From NCBI GenBank assembly GCA_963789265.1, contig CAWBKB010000001.1, forward strand, positions 2,336,001 through 2,400,000: a stretch of DNA of 64,000 nucleotides, in the 5' to 3' direction. Within the stretch, counting starts at the first letter, position 1. Every line of letters starts with the position of its first letter. Origin of the DNA: an uncultured delta proteobacterium (GTDB lineage: Bacteria; Desulfobacterota; Desulfomonilia; Desulfomonilales; Desulfomonilaceae). Under the pieces are notes generated by a model that had not been told where the DNA came from, ran no database searches, and saw only the letters and a list, made by a program, of their open reading frames with translations. This document shows, piece after piece, positions 20,936 to 31,293 of the stretch. A program made the position numbers and the translations under genes.

Positions 20936-22157
20936 TCAAACCTCCTGAAGCGTAGTGAAGGGGTCAAGACGGGCAGCATGGCGGGCCGGGAAATAGCTCG
21001 CAACAAGGGAAATTAAAACGGATATTACTATTGCCCACAATACGAGTGTCGGCATCGGCAACACGATGATTCCGGCTACCTTGGGCCCAAGAATGACTGC
21101 CAGAAACCGTCCCCAGCACATACCCGGCCACTCCGCCGGCAAGACCCAACAACAACGCTTTCAAGAGGAACATCTTCAGCACAAACCTAGATCCGGCTCC
21201 CAAGGCCATCAAGGTTCCGATTTCACGCCTGCGCTCATAGACATTACCGTACATGTAGTTGGCGATGCTCGCTCCCCCCACCAGGACAATGACAGCCAAA
21301 AACACGGTGGAGAGATTCGACATCATGCTATTCGTCTTGATTTGGGTGTCCACAACCTGCCTGATGGTTACGACTTTTGCTTCCGGAAGTAAGTGATTGA
21401 TCTTTGGGACCAGCCCTTTGGATATCTCGTGGCAGCATCCCACGATTTCAATCACGTTGATCACTCGCCCTTTCCCGGCGAGCTGCTGCACCGTGTGCAA
21501 ATGTGCAAAGATGCGTGAATCGTCCACCGTGCCGGTTTGAGGGAGGATCGCCGCCACCGTAAAAGCCTTGCCCATCAGAGACACAGTTTCGTTTCGCTTC
21601 AGGCCCAGAGAGGTCGCGACATCTGCGCCGACGAGCGATTCGTTGGCACTCAGGCTCTGGATGACCCTGGTCCGCACTAATGTTTCTTTAGGTTGTTCGG
21701 GGGTCAGCCCGGGTATAGCCACAACTGTCCCGCAGCCCTTGGGCCGCGAAAACAGCCCCGCGGTTCGCCATGCGGCCTTCGCCTGAAACTCGTTCTTTGG
21801 CAAGATTCCTGTAAGGGTGAACGTGCGGCCGTTCACCTCTACAGGAACTGACAATTTCGGTGAGAGATTGTCCACGCCCTGCAAGTTTGACTGAGTCAGT
21901 CGATTCACGTATTCTTCGGGAAACTCCTGGCCCTGCATATCCGCGCTGTAGTAATTTGCCAGTGATACGGACTTGGGCAGCACCAGAATGTTGGCGCCCA
22001 ATGCATCCAGCTCCTGGGCAACAGCCTTTTCCGAGTAAAAGGTGATGTTCTTGATGGCAACAATCACGGTGATTCCCAGGAGAATAGCAAGTAAACCGGT
22101 AAAGACCTGGTTCTTGCGCTCAAATAGTTCCTTCCACACAAGCTTTCTCAGTCTCAC
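20936..22157 (-). CDS. ABC transporter permease (MacB/FtsX type), +1 frameshift near 21105
   Basis: LGANILV, ERRREIGTLMALGA, final frame PARHAARLDP; GTG start after AGGAGG. Confidence 0.88.
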
Positions 22158-22168
22158 TCCGCGGCCTC

Positions 22169-22967
22169 CTATTTCGTGGCAGGACAGCACTGCCCGGGCT
22201 TACAGGCCGCTCCGCAGCAACCTTTGGACGCTTTTGCGACGGATGCGACGAGCCGATTTTTGTCGGTTGCCCCCTTAAAGCTCCCTATGATCGATCCGGG
22301 GGGAGCTATGAGAAGAGTCATAGCCTCATTCACAGGGCCGCTTATGCCGAGTCTGGTAAGAAATGGGCGCTCCGTAGGGAGGCTGGGATCAAGCATCAGC
22401 ACCTCTGTGGCTGCTGCGTACCGTTGATCGGCTCTGAAAGCCCGAATACCACTCATAGCCTCCGCGTTCTCACGAGTGCGGCCATTTTGAAGGCACAGGA
22501 AAACCAGTTTGCCATGTTGCAGCTCTCCTAGAAGCTTTTCCATGGCCGGTGTGGCGAGACTTCCGAGAAGCTGTTCCTTGGTGAAATTGCCGGGGAAACC
22601 GGCACTTATGGCGCCGTTGGGGGCCAGCACCATGGCGAGAGGCATTGGTGCTTCTTTGACTCCAAATTTAGCCACAAAACCGGCTTCGGAAGGATCGGTG
22701 ATGGGTATAGCGATTGAATCCGCCTGCCCGCCTAAAGTCGCGACGGCGTTGTTGAACACTGCAGTCAGTCTTTGCGTCTGCGCGTCATTTTGGCGATAAA
22801 AAAAGATGAATAGGTGCCGATGGGCCTTGGCAGCACGATCCATGGCAGCCAGAACCTTTATCCTGTGCCACTTGCGGTGCCTCGGTAGCCCCTTCTGAAA
22901 CAGGGAGCCAAGACATTAAGCCCACAAGGGCCAGTACCAACATTAAGATCCACGCCTTTTGAAGCAT
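22169..22967 (-). CDS. Exported thioredoxin-fold-like protein with Cys-pair C-terminal tail, +1 frameshift near 22858
   Basis: MLQKAWIL signal joins DKVLAAMDRAA; FVAKFGVKEAPMP; tail GCCGAACKPGQCCPATK; GAGGAGG RBS. Confidence 0.7.
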
Positions 22968-23107
22968 AGAATTCCTCCTCTGACCCGACGCGTCACGCCA
23001 CCTCATGGTTCATCCGGAAGGTATTCAAATCTCGCTCACCGCTTTCTTGGTGGTCGGCAGCAGCGATTCCAACAGTGAATGATCAGGGATCACACAGCGG
23101 GCAAGGG

Positions 23108-23482
23108 TCATTTTTCACAAACCGCTCCCGGCGGTAAGTTCTCGCAATGGCCCTCAATGGAGAGGCGGCCGACTAAGAGATCAGCCAGCAGCATCACAGT
23201 CTCCCCATCAACCCAACACTCGGTGTAACGCCCCCTTTTTGCCACGTGAATCAGTCCGGCGATCCTCAGTTCCTTGACGTGGTGAGAGATGGTGGATTGT
23301 GCGATCCCGAGTCCTTTCCCGAGATCTCTGACGCACCTTCGCATCTCGTCATCAAAACCGCAGGACGTGCCGGGGGGGCAGCAGGAAACCAAATGCAGAA
23401 AGATGGCCAATCTGTTGGGGTTGGACAGAGCGGTGAACGCTTCGGCATAACGCGTCAGTCTGTCTGATTGATATATCGACAT
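23108..23482 (-). CDS. ArsR/SmtB family transcriptional regulator, Cys-rich
   Basis: FTALSNPNRLAI, CCPPGTSC, CVRDL, QSTISHHVKELRIAGLI. Confidence 0.9.
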   Translation of the reverse strand: MSIYQSDRLTRYAEAFTALSNPNRLAIFLHLVSCCPPGTSCGFDDEMRRCVRDLGKGLGIAQSTISHHVKELRIAGLIHVAKRGRYTECWVDGETVMLLADLLVGRLSIEGHCENLPPGAVCEK

Positions 23483-23518
23483 ACGTGGATGTATCGCATG
23501 GCTGGCCATGTCTGTCAA
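23470..23518 (-). promoter_or_regulatory. Putative promoter/operator overlapping the ArsR start
   Basis: TTGACA at 23518-23513; imperfect palindrome GATATATCGA-N6-TGGATGTATC spans the ATG; -10 is weak. Confidence 0.4.
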
Positions 23519-23568
23519 GGAATATCTCATACGGACCGTAAGCGTTCGGAAATCAGGCGACACCCGCC

Positions 23569-23734
23569 CATAGAGTCTAACTTAAGGCAATTTTATTGCT
23601 TTTGAATAGGGCCATGTGCCATCAAAGTCCCCCTTTTCTAAAGGGGGATTTAGGGGGGTTTTCAAGGAGTTAGACCACCCCCCCCTCTCCCCTCTTTACG
23701 AAAGGGGGGAAAAATCGTTAAGTTAGCGCCTATG
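23569..23734. mobile_element. 166-bp MITE with 17-bp imperfect terminal inverted repeats
   Basis: CATAGAGTCTAACTTAA / TTAAGTTAGCGCCTATG (14/17); internal CCCCCTTT..AAAGGGGG palindromes. Confidence 0.65.
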
Positions 23735-23838
23735 GGGACACCTCCCTAATTGGGCCTACTATCCGCGAATTGAGTAAGTGTCCCCAGATCCATAAAACCT
23801 CATCGATAAAGCTTAGTTTTCGCCCTCTTCAGGCGCTA

Positions 23839-24003
23839 TCACGTCTTTACGGAAACCTCAGACTTAATGTCAGGCGCGTACTTGCCGCCTCCTTTGTCGT
23901 CTCCTTTGCCCTTTCCTTTTCCGCCACAGTTGCAGGCGAAAGCCGTCATAGTAAAAACCAACACTGTCATCACAACCACGAGTGAGACGATAAGTCTTTT
24001 CAT
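23839..24003 (-). CDS. Small exported peptide with CxCGG after signal peptide (54 aa)
   Basis: GGAGG RBS; MKRLIVSLVVVMTVLVFTMTAFA|CNCGGKGKGK. Confidence 0.7.
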   Translation of the reverse strand: MKRLIVSLVVVMTVLVFTMTAFACNCGGKGKGKGDDKGGGKYAPDIKSEVSVKT

Positions 24004-24189
24004 TGAGTTCCTCCGGATTCTGTACATGCTTGCCTGAACGGTAAGGATGATCTTCGACAAACCAGGGACCTCAAATACAGCCTGAGGGGCTAGCTGTAAA
24101 ATCAAGATTACCGGTCGAGGGCTAAAGAACACTCGGGGTACACCCCACGCTTTGCCGCCTCATCTCTGGCAGCAGTAATTAGTTGCTGT

Positions 24190-24519
24190 CTAGAAAAAGG
24201 GCATCATCTTGTTGCTCATCATCTGCTGGCACATTTCCATCATAGCCACAGGCTTGTCCGGGACCTCGCCCATCTTCTTCAATTGATCCTCGGTCAGGAC
24301 AGACTTAGCCTTCTGTCGAGCCTCATTATCAATATCCAGAAGTTGCTTCACTTGCTCGTCGGAAAGTCCGAGAGCCTCCGCCTGCCCGCGAATTGCCGAC
24401 GGTGAGTCCAGGAAGATCGGGGTGCGCATCATAACCATGCATCTCCGCATCATGCTTGGATCTACACCACCTTGCTGCATCATCCCCATCATGTTTTTCA
24501 TCATCATTTGAGGATTCAT
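24190..24519 (-). CDS. Methionine-rich protein, Spy/CpxP/ZraP-like helical region
   Basis: MNPQMMMKNMMGMM; LGLSDEQ and VLTEDQ motifs; 5' end may be frameshifted. Confidence 0.6.
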   Translation of the reverse strand: MNPQMMMKNMMGMMQQGGVDPSMMRRCMVMMRTPIFLDSPSAIRGQAEALGLSDEQVKQLLDIDNEARQKAKSVLTEDQLKKMGEVPDKPVAMMEMCQQMMSNKMMPFF

Positions 24520-24679
24520 AGGGACTGACCTCCTTCCTTCCCTTGTGCTGAGGCTGAGGTTGTTGCTGCTCCGCAGCATGAACGAGAAGCATGCCGACGC
24601 ATAGTCGCGTATGAAGTGAAGCTAAAGGGCACTTGGGGGCCGCCTAGCGTTTTGCTTTGCGACCGGCCCAATCCGATCG

Positions 24680-25777
24680 TCAAGCCCCGAGACGGTCCTT
24701 AGTCCGCGTAAGGTCAGTGCTTTCAACCACTGCGCAAGCGAAGTAACGGCGCTGAAAATACAACGCAACATCGACCAACAGAATCATCACCGGCACTTCG
24801 ACGAGCGGCCCGATTACCGCCGCGAAGGCGGCACCTGAATTAATGCCGAAAACCGACACCGCCACCGCAATTGCGAGCTCAAAGTTGTTGCTGGCAGCAG
24901 TGAGAGACAAGGTGGTTGTTTTACAGTAATCACCGCTGATCTTTGCCGCCATCCAGAAACTCACCATGAACATCACAACGAAGTAGATGCAGAGCGGGAT
25001 GGCGATTCTCACCACGTCCATAGGAATAGTGACGATGAGGTTGCCCTTTAGGCTGAACATGACTACGATGGTGAACAGCAGTGCAATGAGTGTAATGGGA
25101 CTGATCTTGGGGATGAACTTCTTTTCGTACCAGGCTTTCCCCATGCTCTTGATCAATGTAAATCGGGTGATGATTCCTGCGAGGAATGGGATACCCAGGT
25201 AGATGAAGACGCTTTTGGCGATCTGACCCATGGTGATCATAACTATACTTCCACTAAGGCCGAAAAGCGGAGGCAGAATAGTAATAAAGAACCAGGCGTA
25301 AACGCTGTAGAAAAGCACTTGAAAAATGCTGTTGAAGGCAACCAGCCCGGCAGCGTATTCCGTGTCTCCTTTGGCCAGCTCATTCCACACGATGACCATC
25401 GCTATACATCGTGCAAGGCCGATCATGATGAGCCCAACCATGTATTCCGGATAACTTGGTAACAGCAGGATAGCGAGAAAGAACATCAAGATGGGGCCGA
25501 TAATCCAGTTCTGGACCAGGGATAGCCCCAGGACCTTCCAATCACGAAATACGTCGCCGAGCTCTTCATATTTAACTTTGGCCAAAGGCGGATACATCAT
25601 CAGGATAAGCCCTATGGCAATTGGGATATTTGTCGTACCCACCTGGAAATATTGAATGATTCCTTCTACTTTGGGGAAAAAGTAACCGGCGCCAACTCCC
25701 GCCACCATTGCAAGAAATATCCATAGAGTAAGAAACCGGTCAAGAAACGATAATCTTCGAACGACTGCGTCCGGCAT
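24680..25777 (-). CDS. acr3: ACR3 family arsenite efflux transporter
   Basis: [48 protein letters not shown]. Confidence 0.96.
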   Translation of the reverse strand: MPDAVVRRLSFLDRFLTLWIFLAMVAGVGAGYFFPKVEGIIQYFQVGTTNIPIAIGLILMMYPPLAKVKYEELGDVFRDWKVLGLSLVQNWIIGPILMFFLAILLLPSYPEYMVGLIMIGLARCIAMVIVWNELAKGDTEYAAGLVAFNSIFQVLFYSVYAWFFITILPPLFGLSGSIVMITMGQIAKSVFIYLGIPFLAGIITRFTLIKSMGKAWYEKKFIPKISPITLIALLFTIVVMFSLKGNLIVTIPMDVVRIAIPLCIYFVVMFMVSFWMAAKISGDYCKTTTLSLTAASNNFELAIAVAVSVFGINSGAAFAAVIGPLVEVPVMILLVDVALYFQRRYFACAVVESTDLTRTKDRLGA

Positions 25778-25864
25778 GGCATCGCGTCCTTTCTCTTTCC
25801 AAGAAATTTCCCATCGTTCCGGGCCGTTGATGGGTTGCGTTGGTTTCTAAGGGGCTGGCTCCTA

Positions 25865-26389
25865 CTACGTATCGAACTGGAACCTTCCCAGGTATTCTTC
25901 CAGCTTACCCTTGTTCTCGTCTCCGAGTTCGGGACAATCCTCCGGTCCTTTCAGCCCTTCGACCGCCCTGAGGGCAAACACCATGCAAGTCGGCTCGCCG
26001 CATTTTCTGCAATTCGTTTTGGGCAAGACCCTCATAATCTCCATCATCTGGGGCACGGGTGGTGCGTCAAAACTAGGCTCGATGTTCTCCCGGTTCTCCC
26101 ACGCCTCGTTTATCTCTTTCTTGAGCCATCCCAGAATTTTTTCAGCCTCTTCTTCGTCGTTGAGCGCGTTCACAAATATCTCGCGAGCGTGCAAGGTGAT
26201 TAGCTTACCGTAAACCCTCAGAGTCAGGGAGACAGGGGATTTGCAATAATCGCCGCCTCCCATAGACGTGTTTAGATATGGCAGTGCCTCGGATATATCC
26301 TGGTCCAGGTGAGCCACGCAATGTACTGACTGAAAACTCGGGTTGCATTTCGGCAGGAACATTTCCTTCGTGTATCCCTGTAACAACAT
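25865..26389 (-). CDS. Putative Fe-S cluster protein
   Basis: LPKTNCRKCGEPTCMVFA...CP motif; AAGGAG RBS. Confidence 0.8.
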   Translation of the reverse strand: MLLQGYTKEMFLPKCNPSFQSVHCVAHLDQDISEALPYLNTSMGGGDYCKSPVSLTLRVYGKLITLHAREIFVNALNDEEEAEKILGWLKKEINEAWENRENIEPSFDAPPVPQMMEIMRVLPKTNCRKCGEPTCMVFALRAVEGLKGPEDCPELGDENKGKLEEYLGRFQFDT

Positions 26390-26446
26390 GGCATTGTCTC
26401 CTTGCGCGATGGAATGATACAGCCCGTCGATTCAGGTCGAGACGAC

Positions 26447-26659
26447 TTATAACAGTTCGCTCTCAAACGAGTGAGAACCCGCAAACAGCGAACCGCACTG
26501 ACCTGGCACCATGACGGTTCTCAGGTCAGTGGCACCCAACATCCGTTCCTGAGGTCCTGGGTGCCGTCCCGCGTCCCGCGGGAAGCTTTGTCAGATCCGT
26601 GCCGTATTCATGATTTGGTATCCAACCGATATCACTTTCTTGAAAGCAAATCGGTATTA
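26447..26659. mobile_element. MITE family C copy
   Basis: TTATAACAGTTCGCTCTCAAACGAGTGA ... TCACTTTCTTGAAAGCAAATCGGTATTA. Confidence 0.7.
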
Positions 26660-26669
26660 CCGCTCTCCC

Positions 26670-27242
26670 CTATTCCTTAGCCCCGTGCGCTTTCAGAAAG
26701 GCCACGAGTTCCGGATTGCCCTTGGAGCTCTTAGACGCCATGATCAGAGCCGTCACCCCATCCTTAGCCTTGACGTTTATGTCGGCTCCCTTGTCCAGTA
26801 GCAGCTTCACCACTTCTATCTTGTTGTACAGGCAAGCGCCCATTAGCGGGGTAATGCCAATGCTATTCTGTTCGTTGACATCAGCTCCTTTATCTAGGAG
26901 ATACCGGACCACGTCAGTGCGGCCCAGTACGCAAGCCGCCTTCAAAGGGGAATTTCCCCCCGCGTCTTTGCCATTGACGTCGGCGCCATGGTCCACCAGA
27001 AACGTCGCCATCTTCATGTCTCCGTTCAATGCAGCAAAGATGAGGGGAGACAAGCCGGATTCACCAATTGTATTGGGCTTCGCTCCTTGTTCAAGCAGAT
27101 GCTGAACCGTTTTGAGGTCGCCCTTCTGTGCGGCTTGGGTCAAAGCCGGGTTCAAATCGTCGGCAGCCCCGACTGAGCCGGCCAGCACTCCGCATAGCAC
27201 CAATGAGAAAATGCTAAAGATAACGATCAAGTTTTTCATCAT
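26670..27242 (-). CDS. Exported ankyrin-repeat protein
   Basis: Signal peptide; repeated G-TPL-A...LLDKGADVN. Confidence 0.9.
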   Translation of the reverse strand: MMKNLIVIFSIFSLVLCGVLAGSVGAADDLNPALTQAAQKGDLKTVQHLLEQGAKPNTIGESGLSPLIFAALNGDMKMATFLVDHGADVNGKDAGGNSPLKAACVLGRTDVVRYLLDKGADVNEQNSIGITPLMGACLYNKIEVVKLLLDKGADINVKAKDGVTALIMASKSSKGNPELVAFLKAHGAKE

Positions 27243-27320
27243 ACAGCCCTCTCCAGTTGGTAAAGCCTTTCTATAGAATAGGATTGTTAACTGAGGGGTC
27301 CAAAATGCCGAATACCTCGG

Positions 27321-28487
27321 CTATCTCATTGCTTTTTTTCGCGTGGAATCGCTGCCCTGTGCTGCGATGGCTATGTGAACATCAGAGGAGACAGTTGAGG
27401 CCAGGTCCAAATCAGGTTGACGAGTCCCAGCCTGTTCTCGTCGTCGGCCTATTCCGCTCCTCGTCTGAATCATTTCGGCGATGATGGCAACAGCTAACTC
27501 CTGAGGAGTCTCTCCCCCGATGTGAAGTCCAATCGGCGAATGCACACGCCGAAAATCTTCCTCGCTGAACCCTTCCTTGAGCAGCGTTTGGAACACCACT
27601 GCTGTCTTGCGCCTTGAGCCTATCATTCCGATATAGCGTGCAGGTGTCCTCAAAGCTTGCTCCAGGACGGCCTTGTCATAGGCATGTCCTCTCGTGACAA
27701 TAATGAGGTAGCTATCGTCGTCTATGGGCAGATCAGACAAGGCGCCTCCGTACGAATCTAGGACGATAATCTCGTCGGCCTCGGGAATCTTTACGGACGA
27801 CGCGAATTCGGATCGGTCATCAAGCACAATCACTTTGAAATCAAGGAACGAGGCAAAACGCGCGACCCAAACACCTACATGTCCGGCGCCAAACATATAG
27901 ACTGTACCAGTAGGTTTGATCCACTCGAGAAGAACAGGACATTCCCATCCAGCAAGCTCAGTTAATTGAGCTGCCTTCAGCGCGCGTCTACGGCGCATGG
28001 ACTCGATCAAATCGAGGCACTCAGGGAGTTCCCCTATCCGAAGGCCCGTCCTATCCATCAGAGAATGGTTGAGTCGGTACGAACTGGAGCCCCCGACAGG
28101 CATGGGGACCTCGGAGACAAGATAGGCGGAACCTTTGGTTTGCGTAATATCCGCGAGGCATCGGATGATTTCGTGAAACAGGACGTTGTTGCCATCAACG
28201 TACTCGACCAGGACATCCCCTTCTCCTCCGCAAACCATTTCGCCGGCGCAAAAGGAGAAGACCTCTCGATATGAGGTCCTTGTCTCGATAGCACTGAGTG
28301 CCAACTCCCTCACCCTTGCCTCAAACGATCCCCCTCCGATGGTTCCTACCATTTTCCCTGCCTCATCAATCAAGAGGCGGGTCCCAACATCTCGGGGGCA
28401 GGAACCGTTTACGGCGAGGATGGTGGCCAGAGCCAAAGGTCGGCCTTGAACCAGTTGTTCAGTTGCAGTCTTCCAAATTTCTGACAT
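27321..28487 (-). CDS. XdhC family molybdoenzyme maturation factor
   Basis: GTIGGG, CGG, FGAGHVG, TRGH, YIGMIGSRRK, SPIGL, GETPQELA. Confidence 0.9.
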   Translation of the reverse strand: MSEIWKTATEQLVQGRPLALATILAVNGSCPRDVGTRLLIDEAGKMVGTIGGGSFEARVRELALSAIETRTSYREVFSFCAGEMVCGGEGDVLVEYVDGNNVLFHEIIRCLADITQTKGSAYLVSEVPMPVGGSSSYRLNHSLMDRTGLRIGELPECLDLIESMRRRRALKAAQLTELAGWECPVLLEWIKPTGTVYMFGAGHVGVWVARFASFLDFKVIVLDDRSEFASSVKIPEADEIIVLDSYGGALSDLPIDDDSYLIIVTRGHAYDKAVLEQALRTPARYIGMIGSRRKTAVVFQTLLKEGFSEEDFRRVHSPIGLHIGGETPQELAVAIIAEMIQTRSGIGRRREQAGTRQPDLDLASTVSSDVHIAIAAQGSDSTRKKAMR

Positions 28488-28562
28488 CCTCGTGCTCCCT
28501 TAAATCCAGCGACACTGTTGCCTGCGGTACGGATTGCACATAAGCCAAGCTCTTCAAAATTA

Positions 28563-29071
28563 CTAATTTGCAACTTGAGCTTGTGCCTGTGTGACCCAGT
28601 CTTTGATTCTTTTCGTGGGTGGAACCGTGCCCATTGCAACTACCTTTTCATTGATCATAAGAGCGGGCGTCCGGACAAAGCCGTACTTTACGATCTCCTT
28701 CAAATCAGTCACATGTTCAACGGATGCGGGAACGTCCATCTCAGTTAACACTTGCTTTACAGTCTGCTCCAGTCGATTGCACTGGGAGCACCCCGGACCG
28801 AGAACCACAATGCGCAATGATGTTACCGGGGCTTCTTTGTACGGCTGGCCCAGGAATTTCCTGAACTCCCTGAGGAATGCCTCACGATACTCTTGCATCG
28901 CCCCACTCTCGCGATGTAGTTCTTCTCGGATAATCTCTGCAGCAGGGCATCCTGGATCTCCTCGTCGGCCCTCTCCGCATGAGACAGGGCAATTTCCTCG
29001 ATTGCCTCTTTCAGTCCCCTGAGACCGATCTTGTCGCCACCAACCCAAATTTGACTTCCGTCGTCAGCCAT
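28563..29071 (-). CDS. Small thioredoxin-like (MTH895/redox-disulfide-2 type) protein with N-terminal extension, 2-nt indel near 28908
   Basis: KIGLRGL...NYIA joins SGAMQEYREAF; VLGPGCSQC, TPAL. Confidence 0.8.
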
Positions 29072-29094
29072 TTCCGAGCACCTCTGCACCATAG

Positions 29095-29805
29095 CTAGAA
29101 TGCGAATCCAATACTTGGAAACAGCGCCCCAGCGGCAATGTAAATGCCCACAGCAGCGAGAAGCGCTCCCGCAGCCTTCTTGAGTACTAGGTTAGCGACA
29201 TGCATTCGCGTAGAAGTTATGAGATGTTTGGCCGCTCCCGCGGACGTTCCGACTGCGAGGATGAGCAAGCAATGGCCGATGCCGTAGAACAGCATCATAA
29301 TACCGCCGAAAAGCGGTCCTTTGAGAGGAATAACGCTTACGATCAGGAGCAGGGCCGGACCCGTGCACGGAAGCGACACGAGACCGAACATGAAACCGAA
29401 CAGAGCGGCCCCGAGATAACCCGTGTACCTGGGCAGCTTGTCCTGTGAGATCGGCAGTTGGATGTGGAAAATGTCCATGAAATGTAGGCCAAGCAGAACA
29501 CAAATCGCGGCCACTACGTACACCATGTAATCGGATTGCAGGAACGGAGCGGCAGCCAACCCCACACTGAAGAGAACGGCCAGCTCTACACTGAAGCCCA
29601 GAATGAACACGAGTGAAAACAAAAATGACTTCCATGTGGTCACTTCTTCATCCATACCGCCGATGAAGCCGATCAGAAGCGGGACCATCACTATTACGCA
29701 GGGATTCATCGCTGTGAGCGCTCCCCCCGCAAATGAACCGCCCCCTGCCAACCAAATGCTACCCGAAGAAACCCACTGTTGAACGACGGCGAATAATGAC
29801 TCCAT
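29095..29805 (-). CDS. ccdA: CcdA / DsbD transmembrane electron transporter
   Basis: NPCVIVMVP and LPCTGP Cys pair; multiple TM helices. Confidence 0.88.
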   Translation of the reverse strand: MESLFAVVQQWVSSGSIWLAGGGSFAGGALTAMNPCVIVMVPLLIGFIGGMDEEVTTWKSFLFSLVFILGFSVELAVLFSVGLAAAPFLQSDYMVYVVAAICVLLGLHFMDIFHIQLPISQDKLPRYTGYLGAALFGFMFGLVSLPCTGPALLLIVSVIPLKGPLFGGIMMLFYGIGHCLLILAVGTSAGAAKHLITSTRMHVANLVLKKAAGALLAAVGIYIAAGALFPSIGFAF

Positions 29806-29956
29806 GTCTAGACTCCTTGGTTCAATTCACAACCTTGACCAATTTTCTGATGAAGGACTCAAGATTGTTGAGGTTTACTGTGTCTTGAGAATCCCTGAGC
29901 CGGGCCGTCCGAGCCCGGATCAGGGATGTCTCCGAAGGTATCGCTTGTCCATCTCG

Positions 29957-30415
29957 CTACCACGGCCTCCCTTGTGGTGCCTTAGCCTGAGGTACCGGAG
30001 CCGGAGTAGCCCCCTGCGTTTGGCCAGGGACGCCCATCTTGGCAAAAATCTGCGCTATTTGTTCACGTTCGAGTGTGCCCTCGTTTCTGAAGAACTCTTT
30101 CCCGGTGGGCAACAGAAATACTTGAGTGGGCATCATACGAATCCTGAAATCCCTTACCAAAGCTTTATTGGCGTCCATATCAACCGGCATGACGAACGCC
30201 TTGCCTGCATAAGCTTTTGCCATGTCCCTCAAAATCGGTTTCATGTACTTGCACGGTATGCACCAGCCTCGTCCGAATTCCAACAGTATAGGCACATGCT
30301 TCGACATCAATGTCTTTAGATCAATTCTTCCCTCAGCAGCGTAACCCGGTGAAATAACGATCAATGAAGCCATTATGAGGCCGAACACTACTGCCACACC
30401 TAGTTTTTTCTGCAT
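29957..30415 (-). CDS. Exported thioredoxin family protein
   Basis: Signal peptide; WCIPC; MPTQVF; GGAGG RBS. Confidence 0.88.
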   Translation of the reverse strand: MQKKLGVAVVFGLIMASLIVISPGYAAEGRIDLKTLMSKHVPILLEFGRGWCIPCKYMKPILRDMAKAYAGKAFVMPVDMDANKALVRDFRIRMMPTQVFLLPTGKEFFRNEGTLEREQIAQIFAKMGVPGQTQGATPAPVPQAKAPQGRPW

Positions 30416-30627
30416 CACGAAAACCTCCATGCTTTTCTTATTCAAATTCTTCGATTGAGATTATCTATTGACACCCCTCTCGCGGCATCGAGGAACGCCA
30501 AATTTGGAAATGCCAGTTTGTCTTCAATTCCGACGTCACGCGATAGCTCGTGCATGCGGGCCCAGGACTCAAGGCACGTGCTCTTCGCTCGGATTCAAGG
30601 AGCTCAGTCAGGGTTGTTGATCAGGAA

Positions 30628-31099
30628 TCAGATCAAAAGAACGCAGGTAAGCCCAAGGGGAGCAGGAGAATAAAAGCGCGCACTACTCCCCAAGTCTATC
30701 AATAGCGGAGTGCCTCTTGCTGCAACACAGTGACTCGTGAGATGAGGAATGAGAGTGTCACAGCGAGCAGATTTCGATTGGCGTTGGAATTCGCTGAACC
30801 GGCCACCGGTCGGATCTGAGGTGATAGCGGCACGGGGAATAGTTGGGCACTTATGCTTCTTGCAGCAACAATTGGAATTCCCGCCTTGGCCCTCGGCAGT
30901 ACCCAGAGGCATGCCGGAGACTTCACCACGATCATGAGATGCAGTGACCCTGAGGGCAAGGGGGTCAATTCCAATAACACGAAGCGGACGAAGAATCTCG
31001 CGGGCGCAGAAGAAACCCTGTCCCCGTCATGAGTTGGCAACCAAGCACCAGAGCCATGACGAGACCTGTTGAGCTTTTGTGTGCACCGATATTCTTCAT
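30628..31099 (-). CDS. Hypothetical Cys-cluster protein, probable +1 frameshift near 31012
   Basis: GGAG-ATG MKNIGAHK..LVMALVLGCQLMTGTGF joins FCAREILRP..NCCCKKHKCP. Confidence 0.45.
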
Positions 31100-31293
31100 G
31101 CTCCAACTATCTCACAGTCGGCATATAGCCTCGTTGTCGTACGCCCCGGCTCCTTCCGTTTTTGCCGAGTCCTCCGATCAACGATCCGTGGCAAGTTACC
31201 GTATCCTGGAGGCATTCCTACCACAGCACCCCACCACAGTCAAGTCCGAATCATCGAGAGACCAACCATTTTCAACTCTGCTCTGTGTTCCGC

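Noticed and set aside
30960..30975. In-frame TGA in ..CYWN-TGA-PPC as a second UxxC selenoprotein
   Set aside because: That frame stops again within a few codons, shows no clear SECIS, and a frameshift gives a longer, more plausible protein
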